NCBI RefSeq assembly: GCF_034366665.1
Contig: NZ_JAXMMF010000030.1
Location: forward strand, 6,016-70,015
DNA: 64,000 bases
Direction of reading: 5' to 3'
Source: Tabrizicola sp.
GTDB taxonomy: Bacteria; Pseudomonadota; Alphaproteobacteria; Rhodobacterales; Rhodobacteraceae
Position numbers and translations under genes: made by a program. The notes under the pieces were generated by a model. That model did not search any database, had not been told where the DNA came from, and saw only the letters and a list, made by a program, of their open reading frames with translations. The stretch's first letter is position 1. Every line of letters starts with the position of its first letter. Positions 27,792 through 37,919 of this stretch are shown here, in pieces.

Positions 27792-30371
27792 ATGCAACCT
27801 ACTCATCGTCTTTCACGCCTGAACTCGATCTTCGTGAAGCAGACAGTCATCGCAGTTCTGGTTACGGCCATCGTTGCCGTTGCGCTGACTGTCATGAACT
27901 GGAGGTCGACCGAAGCAACGCTGGCCGGCATCGTGCGCGACCGCGCGGCGTCCGAGACCAAGGCCCTTTCTTCCGAAGTTGCGGCCAGCATACGGTTTGG
28001 TCGTGCCGACAAGGTCTATGAACTTTTCGATGGCCTGATGCAGCATTCCAGCGGAACCGCGCAAGACGCCATCGCAGTCGGCCTTGATGGTACGCCCCTG
28101 CCGAACCCGGCCGCATCCGTCGCGCCAGACAGCGCGCTGGTCGATCTTGCGCGTCGCGCTCTGGCGACGGGCCAGGACGCCTACAGCGCGGATGGCTACA
28201 CAGTCGCGTCCCCGTCAACGTTCGGTGAATCCGGCGAACTTGTAGGCGCCGTTGCCACACGCTGGTCCAAAGAGCCGCTCGTCGCGCAACTGGTCGACGG
28301 CCGACTGAAGGCCGTCGGCGTTGCAACGGTCGTCTTCATCCTTGCGGTCCTGGCGAGCATGTTCTTTCTCAACCGCACGATCACCAGCCCGCTGAAGCGC
28401 CTGCAGTCGGTCATCCATACCTTCGGTCGCCGCGACTATTCGGTCGAAGTGCCGATGCAGTCGCGCAAGGATGAACTTGGATCTATCGCCACATCGCTGG
28501 GGGGCCTTCGCGAGACGCTGATCCATGCGCAGGTCAGCGAGCTTGAAAATACGGTCAAGAGCGCGGCTTTCATGGGGTCTTCCGCCGCAATGCTGCTGGT
28601 GGACCTGGACATGGTCGTGACCCACTTCAACTCCAAGATGGTCGAGCTTTTCCGCACCCATGCCGAAGCCCTGAAACAGCGCGTGCCCGAGTTCGATCCG
28701 GACAAACTGGTGGGACTGTCGGTGGCGCGCTTCCATTCCCCCTCGCAACACAGTCGCGCGGCGCGGGAGATGCAGTCGGCGGGAAGCGGTGGCTTCAGCA
28801 CGGTCATCAAGCTGGGCGAGGCACGGGTGTCGCTGTCCGCCTCTGCCATTCGCAATGCCCAGGGCAAGGACGTGGGCTACGTCATGGAATGGGCCGATGT
28901 GACGCAAAGCTGGCTGAACGCCGCCGTCATCAACGCAATCGAGTCCAGCCAGATCAAGGCCGAGTTCGCTCTGGACGGCTCTCTTCTGTCCGCGAATGCA
29001 CCATTCCTTGCCATGATGGGCCAGTCGATCGAAGCCATGAAGCGCAAGTCGTTGTCGGAGCTTCTGACCGCAGGCACCGCCCAGACCCCGGGGGCCGAGG
29101 CCATTCTGAAGCTTGTCCGGGAAAACGAAACCTACATCGGTATGCTGGGCATTGCGCGCGGGTCCAGCGAGGTGGCCATGATTGACGGAAGCCTGGGCTG
29201 CGTGAAAGACCATGAAGGCCGGCCGATCCGCCATCTGCTTCTGGGCAAGGATGTCACGAAGTCCGAGGCGGAAATCGCAGAGGCCCGCCGCCAGCGCACG
29301 GAATCTGAAAAAGAGCAGTCGGCCGTTGTGGAAGCCTTGCGGCATGGCCTTCGCAAACTGAACGGCGGCGACCTGACCGCCCGGATCGAAGAGCCGTTCG
29401 CCGGGGCCTACGAAGACCTGCGGCAGGACTTCAACAACACCGTGCAGAACATGTCCAATGCGATGCACGCCATCCTGAAGAACGCGGAAAACATCAGCAA
29501 CGAGGCGCGTGACATCAGCTCGACTGCTGATGGTCTTTCCAGGCGGACCGAAAACACGGCCGCGACGCTGGAGCAGACCGCCGCTGCGCTGGACCTCTTG
29601 ACCAATTCGGTCAAGGCAACCGCGGACGGGGCGGAACGGGCGGATCAGGCCGTGTCAAACGCCAAGGCCAACGCCGAAAGCAGCAGCAAGGTCGTTATCG
29701 AAACGGTTTCGGCGATGGATCAGATCTCCAGCTCCTCGGAACGGATCACCTCGATCATCAAGGTCATCGATGACATCGCGTTCCAGACCAACCTGCTGGC
29801 GCTGAATGCCGGTGTCGAGGCCGCTCGGGCCGGGGATGCAGGTCGTGGCTTTGCGGTGGTCGCCTCGGAAGTGCGGGCGCTGGCCCAAAGATCTTCGGAT
29901 GCGGCACGGGAGATCAACGACCTGATCGCCAACAGCGCCGGACAGGTGCGGCGCGGCGTGGCCCTGGTCGACAAAACCGGCGACGCGTTGAAACAGATCG
30001 CGGACTCCGTCTCGGAGATCGCCGAACTTGTATCGGACATCGCGGTCGCGTCTCGCCAGCAATCGGCAAACCTTGTCGAGATCAACAGCGCTGTGACGCA
30101 GCTTGACCAGTCCACCCAGCAGAATGCGGCTCGGCTGGAAGAGGCCACCGCCGCAAGCGAGGGGTTGACGAAAGACGCCGTCGCGCTGGTTGGCACGGTC
30201 TCACACTTCAAGGTTGCCGCACCCGCGACCCAGGAGCCAGTCCTCGCGTTCCGGTCTGGTTCTGGTGGCCCTTCGCGTGCACAAGACCGCCCGGCTGCGA
30301 AGCTTGCCTTCAGCCGCAGCAACGTCGCCTTGGCCGTAAAGCCCGACGTCGCCGGCTGGGAGGATTTCTGA
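27792..30371 (+). CDS. methyl-accepting chemotaxis protein (TM-periplasmic-TM-HAMP-PAS-PAS-HAMP-MA)
   Basis: '[40 protein letters not shown]'; C-terminal CheR-tether pentapeptide GWEDF. Confidence 0.95.
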   Translation: MQPTHRLSRLNSIFVKQTVIAVLVTAIVAVALTVMNWRSTEATLAGIVRDRAASETKALSSEVAASIRFGRADKVYELFDGLMQHSSGTAQDAIAVGLDGTPLPNPAASVAPDSALVDLARRALATGQDAYSADGYTVASPSTFGESGELVGAVATRWSKEPLVAQLVDGRLKAVGVATVVFILAVLASMFFLNRTITSPLKRLQSVIHTFGRRDYSVEVPMQSRKDELGSIATSLGGLRETLIHAQVSELENTVKSAAFMGSSAAMLLVDLDMVVTHFNSKMVELFRTHAEALKQRVPEFDPDKLVGLSVARFHSPSQHSRAAREMQSAGSGGFSTVIKLGEARVSLSASAIRNAQGKDVGYVMEWADVTQSWLNAAVINAIESSQIKAEFALDGSLLSANAPFLAMMGQSIEAMKRKSLSELLTAGTAQTPGAEAILKLVRENETYIGMLGIARGSSEVAMIDGSLGCVKDHEGRPIRHLLLGKDVTKSEAEIAEARRQRTESEKEQSAVVEALRHGLRKLNGGDLTARIEEPFAGAYEDLRQDFNNTVQNMSNAMHAILKNAENISNEARDISSTADGLSRRTENTAATLEQTAAALDLLTNSVKATADGAERADQAVSNAKANAESSSKVVIETVSAMDQISSSSERITSIIKVIDDIAFQTNLLALNAGVEAARAGDAGRGFAVVASEVRALAQRSSDAAREINDLIANSAGQVRRGVALVDKTGDALKQIADSVSEIAELVSDIAVASRQQSANLVEINSAVTQLDQSTQQNAARLEEATAASEGLTKDAVALVGTVSHFKVAAPATQEPVLAFRSGSGGPSRAQDRPAAKLAFSRSNVALAVKPDVAGWEDF

Positions 30372-30378
30372 GCCAGGC

Positions 30379-30408
30379 AAGGCGGGGGCGCCTCGCCCCC
30401 CCCTTTCC
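30379..30408 (+). terminator. hairpin or terminator between mcp and cheD
   Basis: GGGGGCG-CCT-CGCCCCC followed by CCCTTT. Confidence 0.5.
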
Positions 30409-30432
30409 TAATCAAGATGCTGCAACGCGAGA

Positions 30433-30993
30433 TTGGACCCTATCGTGATAGGCAAGATGGATATCTATGCACGTGACGCGGTGACCTACATCCACGTCGT
30501 GCAGGGTGATTATGCAGTCTCGGATCGTGAGAATACCATTCTCACCACGATCCTTGGTTCCTGCGTGTCGACCTGCATCAGCGACCCGATCGCCCGGGTG
30601 GGAGGGATGAATCACTTCCTTCTGCCCGGCAATGGATCGGGGGACACTCAATCCATCCGCTACGGCCTTTACGCGATGGAGCTACTGATCAACGGTTTGC
30701 TGAAGATGGGCGCCAGCAAGAACCGCCTGGCGGCCAAGCTTTTCGGCGGGGCCTCAATGAGCGACGGCTTCGGCCGGATCGGCGAGGCAAATGGCAAGTT
30801 CGCCGTCGACTTCCTGGCCAACGAAGGCATCCCCTGCATTGCCCAAAGCCTGGGCGGGACAAACGCCCGACGAATTCGTTTCACGCCAACAACCGGATAC
30901 GCCCAGCAACTGATCGTCCAGCAGGATGAACTGAAGACCGTGCCGCCCGCGCGCGCATCATCAAGGAGCGAAACCGATGTCACCTTCTTCTAG
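30433..30993 (+). CDS. cheD: chemoreceptor glutamine deamidase CheD
   Basis: 'TILGSCVS', 'GGMNHFLLP', 'YAMELLIN', 'AKLFGG'; the start may be ATG 30457. Confidence 0.93.
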   Translation: MDPIVIGKMDIYARDAVTYIHVVQGDYAVSDRENTILTTILGSCVSTCISDPIARVGGMNHFLLPGNGSGDTQSIRYGLYAMELLINGLLKMGASKNRLAAKLFGGASMSDGFGRIGEANGKFAVDFLANEGIPCIAQSLGGTNARRIRFTPTTGYAQQLIVQQDELKTVPPARASSRSETDVTFF

Positions 30994-31336
30994 CGCGGCA
31001 GACCGCGCGGTTGAGACGCCTGCCTCCAGCGACGGCTCAATCTGCCCTGAACCCCAGCGCGCAATCATCAGGCTTCCCGATCGCCTGGATTTTGCGGCCG
31101 CGCGTGATCTTCATGCCGACCTGGTCGAGCTTCGGGGCGTTCCCGTCCTGGTCGACGGAACCGCCGTCGTCTTTTCCGGCGCGCTGGCCGCTCAGGTCCT
31201 GCTTGCGACCTCGCGCGATTGGAAGGCGGTGGGCGAGACATTGGCGCTGACCGTTTCAAGCGCAATGCACAGTGATTTGGTACGCTTGGGCGTCCTTGGA
31301 GAGTTCCCGCAATTGGTCGAGGTGGCGGAATGCTGA
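30977..31336 (+). CDS. chemotaxis STAS-domain protein (CheS-like)
   Basis: 'LPDRLDFAAARDL', 'LAAQVLL'; lies immediately upstream of cheY-cheA as in rhizobial/Rhodobacter che operons. Confidence 0.7.
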   Translation: MSPSSSAADRAVETPASSDGSICPEPQRAIIRLPDRLDFAAARDLHADLVELRGVPVLVDGTAVVFSGALAAQVLLATSRDWKAVGETLALTVSSAMHSDLVRLGVLGEFPQLVEVAEC

Positions 31337-31695
31337 CAGTACTTGCAATTGATGATTCCCGGACCATTCGCGAAATGCTGCGCGAAACATTAAGCAACGC
31401 CGGCTTCGAGGTGCATCTTGCGGTCGACGGTGTGGATGGGTTGGAAAAGATGCCAACCATTCGGCCGCATGTGATCATAACCGATATCAACATGCCTCGG
31501 CTTGATGGTTTCGGCGTGATCGAAGCGGTTCGCGCGGGCTCTACCTTCTCGGCCTTGCCGATCCTGGTTCTGACGACGGAAAGTGCCCCGGACCTGAAGG
31601 AACGGGCCAGAAAAAGCGGCGCGACGGGCTGGATCGTCAAGCCCTTCGACGATCTGAAACTCGTGTCCGCCATTCGGCGCATCACTGCGCATTGA
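31330..31695 (+). CDS. cheY: chemotaxis response regulator CheY (CheY1-like)
   Basis: Receiver 'IDDS', 'ITDINMP', 'LTTE', 'WIVKPF'. Confidence 0.93.
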   Translation: MLTVLAIDDSRTIREMLRETLSNAGFEVHLAVDGVDGLEKMPTIRPHVIITDINMPRLDGFGVIEAVRAGSTFSALPILVLTTESAPDLKERARKSGATGWIVKPFDDLKLVSAIRRITAH

Positions 31696-31699
31696 GGCA

Positions 31700-33850
31700 A
31701 TGATGAGCAATTCGATCGACATTCGCCAAACCTTCTTTCAGGAATGCGAAGAGCTGCTTGAAACGCTGGACGACGGGCTGGCCGAACTGGCCTCGGCGGC
31801 CGAGGACGACACCGCCGATGCCGAGGTCGTCAATGCGGTGTTCCGGGCCGTCCATTCCATCAAGGGTGGCGCCGCTGCCTTCGGTCTTGAAACGCTGGTC
31901 CGGTTTGCCCATCAGTTCGAAACGGTCCTCGACGAGGTTCGCTCGGGGCGACTTGGGCCGACTGCGGAAATCGTTCGGGTCTTTCTGCGGTCAGCCGACT
32001 ATCTGGCGGACCTGATCGCCTCGGCGCGCGACTCGGTCGAGCCGAAAAGCGGGGCCGGACCGGACCTTATTCATCGGCTGGAGCAGCTTGCCTCGCCCGC
32101 CGCGGCGAAACCGCAGCCTGCTGCCGCCCCACCCGCGCCGGAAACGGGGGAGGGCGAACTTGGCTTCCTGCCCCTTCCCATCGCCCTTGATTTCGATTTC
32201 GAAACCAGTGCCGCCAACACCTACCGGATCAGCTTTGCCCCCAATCGGCAGTTCTACGCGGTCGGAAACGACCCCAATCTCTTGTTCCGTGCGCTTGAGG
32301 CGCTGGGGGACGTGTCGGCTCAAGCCGATGCGTCGACCCTTCCCGGGCTTGAGGACATGGACTGGTCGGAACCCTATCTGACCTGGGACATCACCCTTGC
32401 GTCGACAGAGCCGCTGCACGCAGTCCAGGAGGTCTTTGAATTTGTTGACGGTCTTTGCTCGCTGGAGATCACGGTCGTCCAGAACGACATCGTCCCGCCT
32501 GCCGAGCCGTCGGCACCGGCCCCAGTCGCTGTTCCAACCGTCGTGCCAGCCGTTCGGCCAACCGATGCCGCCCCGGCCAGCCCGCCCGCGGACGACCGCA
32601 TGGTCCAGTCGCGCAAGGCCACGTCCGCGCAAGGCGGCAGTCAGAAGGGCTCGGTCAGGGTCGACCTCGAACTGGTGGACCGGCTGATCAATATCGTGGG
32701 AGAGCTGGTGATCAACCAGGCGGTGCTGGCGCAATGCGCCCAGGACGCCGGTCTTGGCGGTCAAAGCGACGTCGGCGTCGGCCTTGACGAATTCCGCAAT
32801 CTTGCGCGCGAGTTGCAGGAAAACGTCATGGCTATTCGTGCGCAGCCGGTGAAGCAGCTCTTCCAGCGGATGGCGCGCATCGTGCGCGAGGCCTCTGATA
32901 TTGCAGGAAAATCTGTCTCGTTTGAAACCGAAGGTGACGCGGTCGAGGTGGACAAGACCGTGATCGAACGCCTTGTCGATCCTTTGACGCACATCATCCG
33001 CAATGCGGTGGACCACGGCCAGGAAGCGCGCGAGGCGCGTCTTGCGGCAGGAAAGTCGGAAACCGGCCGCGTGCGCCTGTCTGCGGCGCACCGCTCGGGT
33101 CGTGTGCTGATCGAAGTCTCGGACGATGGGGCGGGAATCAACCGTCCCCGGGTGAAACAGATTGCCATCAACAAGGGGCTGATTCCCGAGGATGCGGTCC
33201 TCGACGATGGCGCGATCGACAATCTTCTGTTCCTGCCGGGCTTCTCCACAGCGGACAAGGTCACGGATCTGTCGGGCCGGGGCGTCGGCATGGACGTGGT
33301 GCGGTCGGCAGTCCAGGGGCTTGGGGGGCGGGTGACCATCTCGTCCGTGCCCGGGAAGGGCACCACGCTGTCGATCAGCTTGCCGCTTACGCTGGCGGTT
33401 CTTGACGGAATGGTCGTCGATGTGGCCGGCCAGACAATGGTCGTCCCGATCACCGCAATCATCGAGACCTTGCGGCCATCGTCGGCGGACATCCATCGCT
33501 TCGCCGCGACCGGGGTGGTGGTGGCCGTGCGGCAGACCTTCGTGCCGATCATAGATCTTGCGGAAGCCTTCGGTCATCGAACGGGGGCGAACGATTATTC
33601 GAAAATGGTCCTTTTGCTTGTGGAGTCCGCCGAGAACGAACGCTGGGCGCTGGCCGTTGACCGGATTCATGACCAGCGGCAAGTCGTGATCAAGGGCCTG
33701 GAAGCGAACTATGGCCATGTGCCGGGCGTGGCCGCGGCCACGATCCTGGGCGACGGCAAGATTGCCCTCATCATCGACCCTGACGAAATCGCACAGCGCA
33801 GACTAAGACAGCCCGCCGCTGCGACAACCCAAGTTACCGAGGAGGTTTAA
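31700..33850 (+). CDS. cheA: chemotaxis histidine kinase CheA
   Basis: Hpt 'FRAVHSIKGGA', 'HIIRNAVDHG', 'DDGAG', 'PGFSTA..VTDLSGRGVGMDVV', C-terminal CheW domain. Confidence 0.96.
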   Translation: MMSNSIDIRQTFFQECEELLETLDDGLAELASAAEDDTADAEVVNAVFRAVHSIKGGAAAFGLETLVRFAHQFETVLDEVRSGRLGPTAEIVRVFLRSADYLADLIASARDSVEPKSGAGPDLIHRLEQLASPAAAKPQPAAAPPAPETGEGELGFLPLPIALDFDFETSAANTYRISFAPNRQFYAVGNDPNLLFRALEALGDVSAQADASTLPGLEDMDWSEPYLTWDITLASTEPLHAVQEVFEFVDGLCSLEITVVQNDIVPPAEPSAPAPVAVPTVVPAVRPTDAAPASPPADDRMVQSRKATSAQGGSQKGSVRVDLELVDRLINIVGELVINQAVLAQCAQDAGLGGQSDVGVGLDEFRNLARELQENVMAIRAQPVKQLFQRMARIVREASDIAGKSVSFETEGDAVEVDKTVIERLVDPLTHIIRNAVDHGQEAREARLAAGKSETGRVRLSAAHRSGRVLIEVSDDGAGINRPRVKQIAINKGLIPEDAVLDDGAIDNLLFLPGFSTADKVTDLSGRGVGMDVVRSAVQGLGGRVTISSVPGKGTTLSISLPLTLAVLDGMVVDVAGQTMVVPITAIIETLRPSSADIHRFAATGVVVAVRQTFVPIIDLAEAFGHRTGANDYSKMVLLLVESAENERWALAVDRIHDQRQVVIKGLEANYGHVPGVAAATILGDGKIALIIDPDEIAQRRLRQPAAATTQVTEEV

Positions 33851-33851
33851 C

Positions 33852-34328
33852 ATGTCATCTGCGGCAGCGGGAGCATTCGAGGCTGAAAAACGCGAACTGG
33901 TCAGCTTTCGAGTGGATGGCCAGGACTTCTGTGTCGATATCATGTCGGTGCGCGAAATCCGCGGCTGGACGGCGGCTACGGTCCTGCCCCACGCGCCGCC
34001 CTATATTCTGGGCGTGATCAACCTGCGCGGTGCGGTTGTCCCGATCGTCGACTTTGCGGCGCGGATGGGGCTGAAGCCCACCAAGCCCGACGCCCGCCAT
34101 GTCATCGTCATCTGTGTGATCGAAAACCAGACCGTCGGTTTTCTGGTCGATGCCGTATCGGATATCCTGGGCGTTGATCGCTCGCTTATTCAGCCGACCC
34201 CCTCTGTGTCCTCGGACCTGACATGCGCCTTCTTCGAAGGAGTCATCGCCATTGACCAGCGGATGCTGCGGCTGGTCGAAATAAGCGCCGTCCTGCCGCG
34301 TGTCGGATTTCGGGAAGATCGCGCATGA
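33852..34328 (+). CDS. cheW: chemotaxis coupling protein CheW
   Basis: 'VREIRGW', 'GVINLRGAVVPIVD', 'GFLVDAVSDI'. Confidence 0.95.
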   Translation: MSSAAAGAFEAEKRELVSFRVDGQDFCVDIMSVREIRGWTAATVLPHAPPYILGVINLRGAVVPIVDFAARMGLKPTKPDARHVIVICVIENQTVGFLVDAVSDILGVDRSLIQPTPSVSSDLTCAFFEGVIAIDQRMLRLVEISAVLPRVGFREDRA

Positions 34329-35194
34329 CCACTCTGTCAAGTCTCGTCACGCGTGACCGGCGTCACGACATGAAATTGGCGTATACGACCGCCGATTTCG
34401 ACAGGATCTCTGCGTTTCTGCACCGGTCAACCGGCATTCTTCTGACCAAGGAGAATGACCGGATGGTCTATGCGCGCCTTGCCGCAAGGGTCATTGACCT
34501 TGGTCTGGACAGCTTCGCGGCCTATATCGACCAGGCGCTGGGTCCGGCGGCGATCGAGGAGCGAGACCGCCTGGTTTCGGCCCTGACCACGAACACCACC
34601 CATTTCTACCGCGAAAGCTATCATTTCGATTTTCTGGAGACAGAGGTCCTTCCGGGTCTCATCCAACGGGCAAGGAGTGGTGAGCGGATCAGGATCTGGT
34701 CAGCTGGCTGTTCAACGGGCGAAGAACCCTACAGTCTGGCGATGTGTCTTCTGAATGCCTTTCCCGATGTGGGGAACCATGATCTGAAGATTCTTGCGAC
34801 CGACATCGACCGGGACGCTCTGGCGCGCGCAACGGCTGCGACCTATGGCGCCAACAGCATTCGCGAAATACCAAAGCCGTTTCTGGACAGGTTTTTCGAC
34901 CACGTTCAGACGACTGAACAGTATACGCCAAAACCAACTGTCCGATCCCTTGTGACCTATCGCCAGTTGAACCTGATCGGCGACTGGCCGTTCCGCGGGC
35001 TCTTCGATGTCATTTTCTGCCGGAATGTCGCGATCTACATGGATGCTGAAACGCAAGAGCAGATCTGGACCGGCTTCTGTGGCGCCTTGCACCCCGGCGG
35101 ACACCTGTTCATCGGCCATTCCGAGCGGATGTCGCAGTCCCTTCGGTCAAGTTTTACCGCTGTCGGCAACACGATCTACCGTCGCGAACCATAA
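34325..35194 (+). CDS. cheR: chemotaxis methyltransferase CheR
   Basis: 'LTTNTTHFYRE', 'WSAGCSTGEEPYS', 'ATDID', 'FCRNVAIY', 'GHSE'. Confidence 0.95.
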   Translation: MTTLSSLVTRDRRHDMKLAYTTADFDRISAFLHRSTGILLTKENDRMVYARLAARVIDLGLDSFAAYIDQALGPAAIEERDRLVSALTTNTTHFYRESYHFDFLETEVLPGLIQRARSGERIRIWSAGCSTGEEPYSLAMCLLNAFPDVGNHDLKILATDIDRDALARATAATYGANSIREIPKPFLDRFFDHVQTTEQYTPKPTVRSLVTYRQLNLIGDWPFRGLFDVIFCRNVAIYMDAETQEQIWTGFCGALHPGGHLFIGHSERMSQSLRSSFTAVGNTIYRREP

Positions 35195-35241
35195 GAAAAC
35201 CCAACTTTGCACAAGCGCCGAATGGAAGTGTAGGAGGAAAA

Positions 35242-35628
35242 ATGTCTCTGAAGGAAAGCCTATCAGTCATGGTCGTGGACGACATGGCGACAAGCCGGGG
35301 CTTGATTATCATGTCGCTGGAAGAAATGGGAATCAAGAAGATCGACTTTCGCAAGGATGGCGGCGAGGCTCTTCAATCCCTTGTTGCGAAACCGGTCCAT
35401 CTGGTCATTTCCGATTACAATATGCCTGGCATGGACGGACTGGCACTTCTCAAGTCGCTTAGGGAAAATCGAATGACTTCCCGGATCGGGTTCATTCTGG
35501 TGAGCGGCAGAATGACCCCAGAGATTCTGGACGCGGGCAAGGCGCGCGGGATGAACAATTATATCCAGAAGCCCTTCAGCACCTTGCAACTGAAGGCCTG
35601 CATTCAAGCCGTCGTCGGGCAACTGTAA
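35242..35628 (+). CDS. cheY: chemotaxis response regulator CheY (CheY2-like)
   Basis: Receiver 'VVDDM', 'ISDYNMPGMDG', 'QKPF'; AGGAGG RBS. Confidence 0.9.
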   Translation: MSLKESLSVMVVDDMATSRGLIIMSLEEMGIKKIDFRKDGGEALQSLVAKPVHLVISDYNMPGMDGLALLKSLRENRMTSRIGFILVSGRMTPEILDAGKARGMNNYIQKPFSTLQLKACIQAVVGQL

Positions 35629-35630
35629 AC

Positions 35631-36002
35631 ATGATGATTCCAGGCCTTCCAGATCAAGTCGCACTTCAAAGCCTGCTTGAAAACCTGTCAGCGGAATTGC
35701 TGGTCCTTGCCTCTGCGGCCATTAAAATCGAAGACGAGGTTGGCGCAGTGATTTCTGAAGGCGTATCCGGCGGAGAGCGGCTTCTGGTGCCACTCCAGGG
35801 GCTGGATCATCTGGCGCAGACGGCAAATGAACTGGCGACGTTCATCGATTCCCTTTCCCGTTCGGTTGATCCGGGGATCATCCTGCCTGTTTCTACGCAC
35901 ATTCATTCGATCGGCTTGCGCTCTTTGGCCGAGGCCTTGGCAGGGCACTCTTGCAGAACAGGAGCCACGACAGACGGCGTGGGTGATGTCGATCTCTTCT
36001 AG
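35631..36002 (+). CDS. small chemotaxis-operon protein, CheT-like with DxxxQ motif
   Basis: 'LQGLDHLAQ', C-terminal 'GDVDLF'; last gene of the che operon. Confidence 0.6.
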   Translation: MMIPGLPDQVALQSLLENLSAELLVLASAAIKIEDEVGAVISEGVSGGERLLVPLQGLDHLAQTANELATFIDSLSRSVDPGIILPVSTHIHSIGLRSLAEALAGHSCRTGATTDGVGDVDLF

Positions 36003-36034
36003 GCGAAGTGTCCGGTAAGCCTGGCCTGCGTCGA

Positions 36035-36313
36035 TCAGGCCGTCCCAACACGCTTGCGGTGACCTGCCATGGCGGAGCGGTGCACCAGAGCGATTTTGCG
36101 CCCATCGTCAGCACCAGCCGCACTCTTTTGTGCCGAGCCTCCGGCATCGCTCTCTTCCCGTTTCCATAGACCTTTCCCCGGTTGGCCCGGATTTTCCGGG
36201 CAGATCCGGGTGCCTTGCCGGTAGACCCTGTCTTGTGCCTCGGTCCTCTGTTTCCACCGTTGCAGCGTCGTTGGGGCGGGGCGGGCGATCTGGTGGGCCG
36301 TGCGCAGGGACAT
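36035..36313 (-). CDS. possible small hypothetical protein
   Basis: AGGAGGT directly before the ATG (spacing atypically short); no recognisable motif. Confidence 0.2.
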   Translation of the reverse strand: MSLRTAHQIARPAPTTLQRWKQRTEAQDRVYRQGTRICPENPGQPGKGLWKREESDAGGSAQKSAAGADDGRKIALVHRSAMAGHRKRVGTA

Positions 36314-36499
36314 ACCTCCTGTCGGTCATCGCATGGCGTTTGGCTGCACGCGTGGCTGCATAGGGGATCATTAAGCGTCAAGGCAGGTAGCGGGCGGGCA
36401 CAGCGCAACTTGTGTTGCGCTGTGCGATGGGATGGGCATCCGCCACTTGGTTGCCCAACGCCGCCGCTTCCGGGTCTTCGTCCGCGGTCCCGCCGCGCC

Positions 36500-37615
36500 T
36501 CAACCCGGCTTTTGGTCCAGAATGGCCAGGAAGAACCGCAGCAGCTCTGCCGATGCGTCGGGCCCCGCCGGGTCGGTATAGCTGCCCTCGACCTTGCCGC
36601 CAGACCAGGCATGGCCGGCCCCGTCGATCCGCCAGACCTCGACCCGGTGGCCGGACGCATTCAGGCCGGAGAGCACGTCGAAGCGGCGCGAGGGGCCCCT
36701 CCCGGTCCGTTCGACCGCTGCAGTGAGCGGTCCCGCCAGACGTCCGGCATTCACCGGAGCAACCGTCGCATCGGCCGAGCCGTGGAAGATGATCGACGGC
36801 ACCTTTAGCGCTTCGGCCCGACCAGCCGCATCGCCACGCATCGCCGCAAAAGCCGAGACCACGTCCTGCGCCGAGCCTGCAGCAAGACCCGAGTGGACGG
36901 CGGTGGCGGTCACCAGGTCGGGGTGGGTGTTGGCCAGCAGGGCTGCCATCGCACCTCCCGCCGACAGACCGGCGACACAGAGGCCCGCACTTTCCAGGCC
37001 ATGCTCGGCCATGACCGCAGCGCCAAGACCTGCCAGAAGTGCGGTCTCTCCGCCGTCACGGCGCTGGTCGCCCGGACGGAACCAGTTCCAGCAAAGCTGC
37101 AGGTTGTCGGTGCGGCTCTGCTCGGGGTAGACGACGATCAATCCGTGGTCTTCGGCATGCCGGTTCATCCCGGTTCCGGCCGCGAAGTCTTCTGGCGTCT
37201 GGGTGCAGCCGTGCAGCATCATCACGACGCCGCGGGCAGGTCCGGTCCGGCCGGATGGGCGGAAGACAAGATAATCTCGTGCGCCATGCGGGCCGTCATG
37301 CCGACGACGCTCGAAGACCGCACCTTCGGGCAGATCCGGGGCGTGGGCGCCGCGCAGATTTGCTCCGCCCGCCTGCCTCCGTGCGGCAAGGTCTGCAAGG
37401 ACTTGCGACAGGGGGCGCGACGGGGGGCGCGACGGGGGGCGCCACGGGGGCCGTGCCGGTCCGCCTGGGTGGTCTGGCTTCCTGGCATTTGCCTGCGCTT
37501 CGGGCGGGACTGTATTGGAAAGGGCCGCCTGGATAATCCGCGTCGCCTTGGCCGGATTGCCGTCGCGCACGGCACCAAGTGTCCGGCGCATCGCCGCCAT
37601 GAAATCGTCGTTCAT
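36500..37615 (-). CDS. PHB depolymerase / LpqC-family esterase
   Basis: 'MLHGCTQ', 'CWNWF', GLSAG nucleophile, 'FHGSADATV', 'GHAWSGG', 'GPDAS'; start MNDDF at 37615. Confidence 0.9.
   Translation of the reverse strand: MNDDFMAAMRRTLGAVRDGNPAKATRIIQAALSNTVPPEAQANARKPDHPGGPARPPWRPPSRPPSRPLSQVLADLAARRQAGGANLRGAHAPDLPEGAVFERRRHDGPHGARDYLVFRPSGRTGPARGVVMMLHGCTQTPEDFAAGTGMNRHAEDHGLIVVYPEQSRTDNLQLCWNWFRPGDQRRDGGETALLAGLGAAVMAEHGLESAGLCVAGLSAGGAMAALLANTHPDLVTATAVHSGLAAGSAQDVVSAFAAMRGDAAGRAEALKVPSIIFHGSADATVAPVNAGRLAGPLTAAVERTGRGPSRRFDVLSGLNASGHRVEVWRIDGAGHAWSGGKVEGSYTDPAGPDASAELLRFFLAILDQKPG
37411..37450. repeat. 12-bp in-frame tandem repeat in the esterase linker (PPWR-PPSR-PPSR-P)
   Basis: GGGGGGCGCGAC unit, about 3 copies. 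Confidence 0.75.
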
Positions 37616-37919
37616 CCTGTCTGCCTTTCCTGGACGGCCCAGGCCGTCAGTGATTGGAACGCTTGCGCGAGTCCCGGAATTCGGCAGCCCGCTGGGGGAC
37701 AACCTTTGCCTGTCGCCGAAAGGTAACCTGCCAATCCCGATTCGGTGCCCGATCTGATCGGAAAATGCTTCGCTTTTCGCGCGAAGCGTCCAGAGCCGAT
37801 CAGCAGCGGGTCCGGGCTGACCGGGGGGCTCGGTCCTGCTTGTCCCTGGAAAACCGGCCGTTGGCACCAGCGCGCGGCCTGAAGACAAGGGCAGTCGGCC
37901 TGAACCGCAAACGCAGCCC

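Noticed and set aside
36439-36445. TCCGCCA as a possible attR copy of the tRNA-Ser 3' end
   Set aside because: Only a 7-bp match, which is expected by chance.
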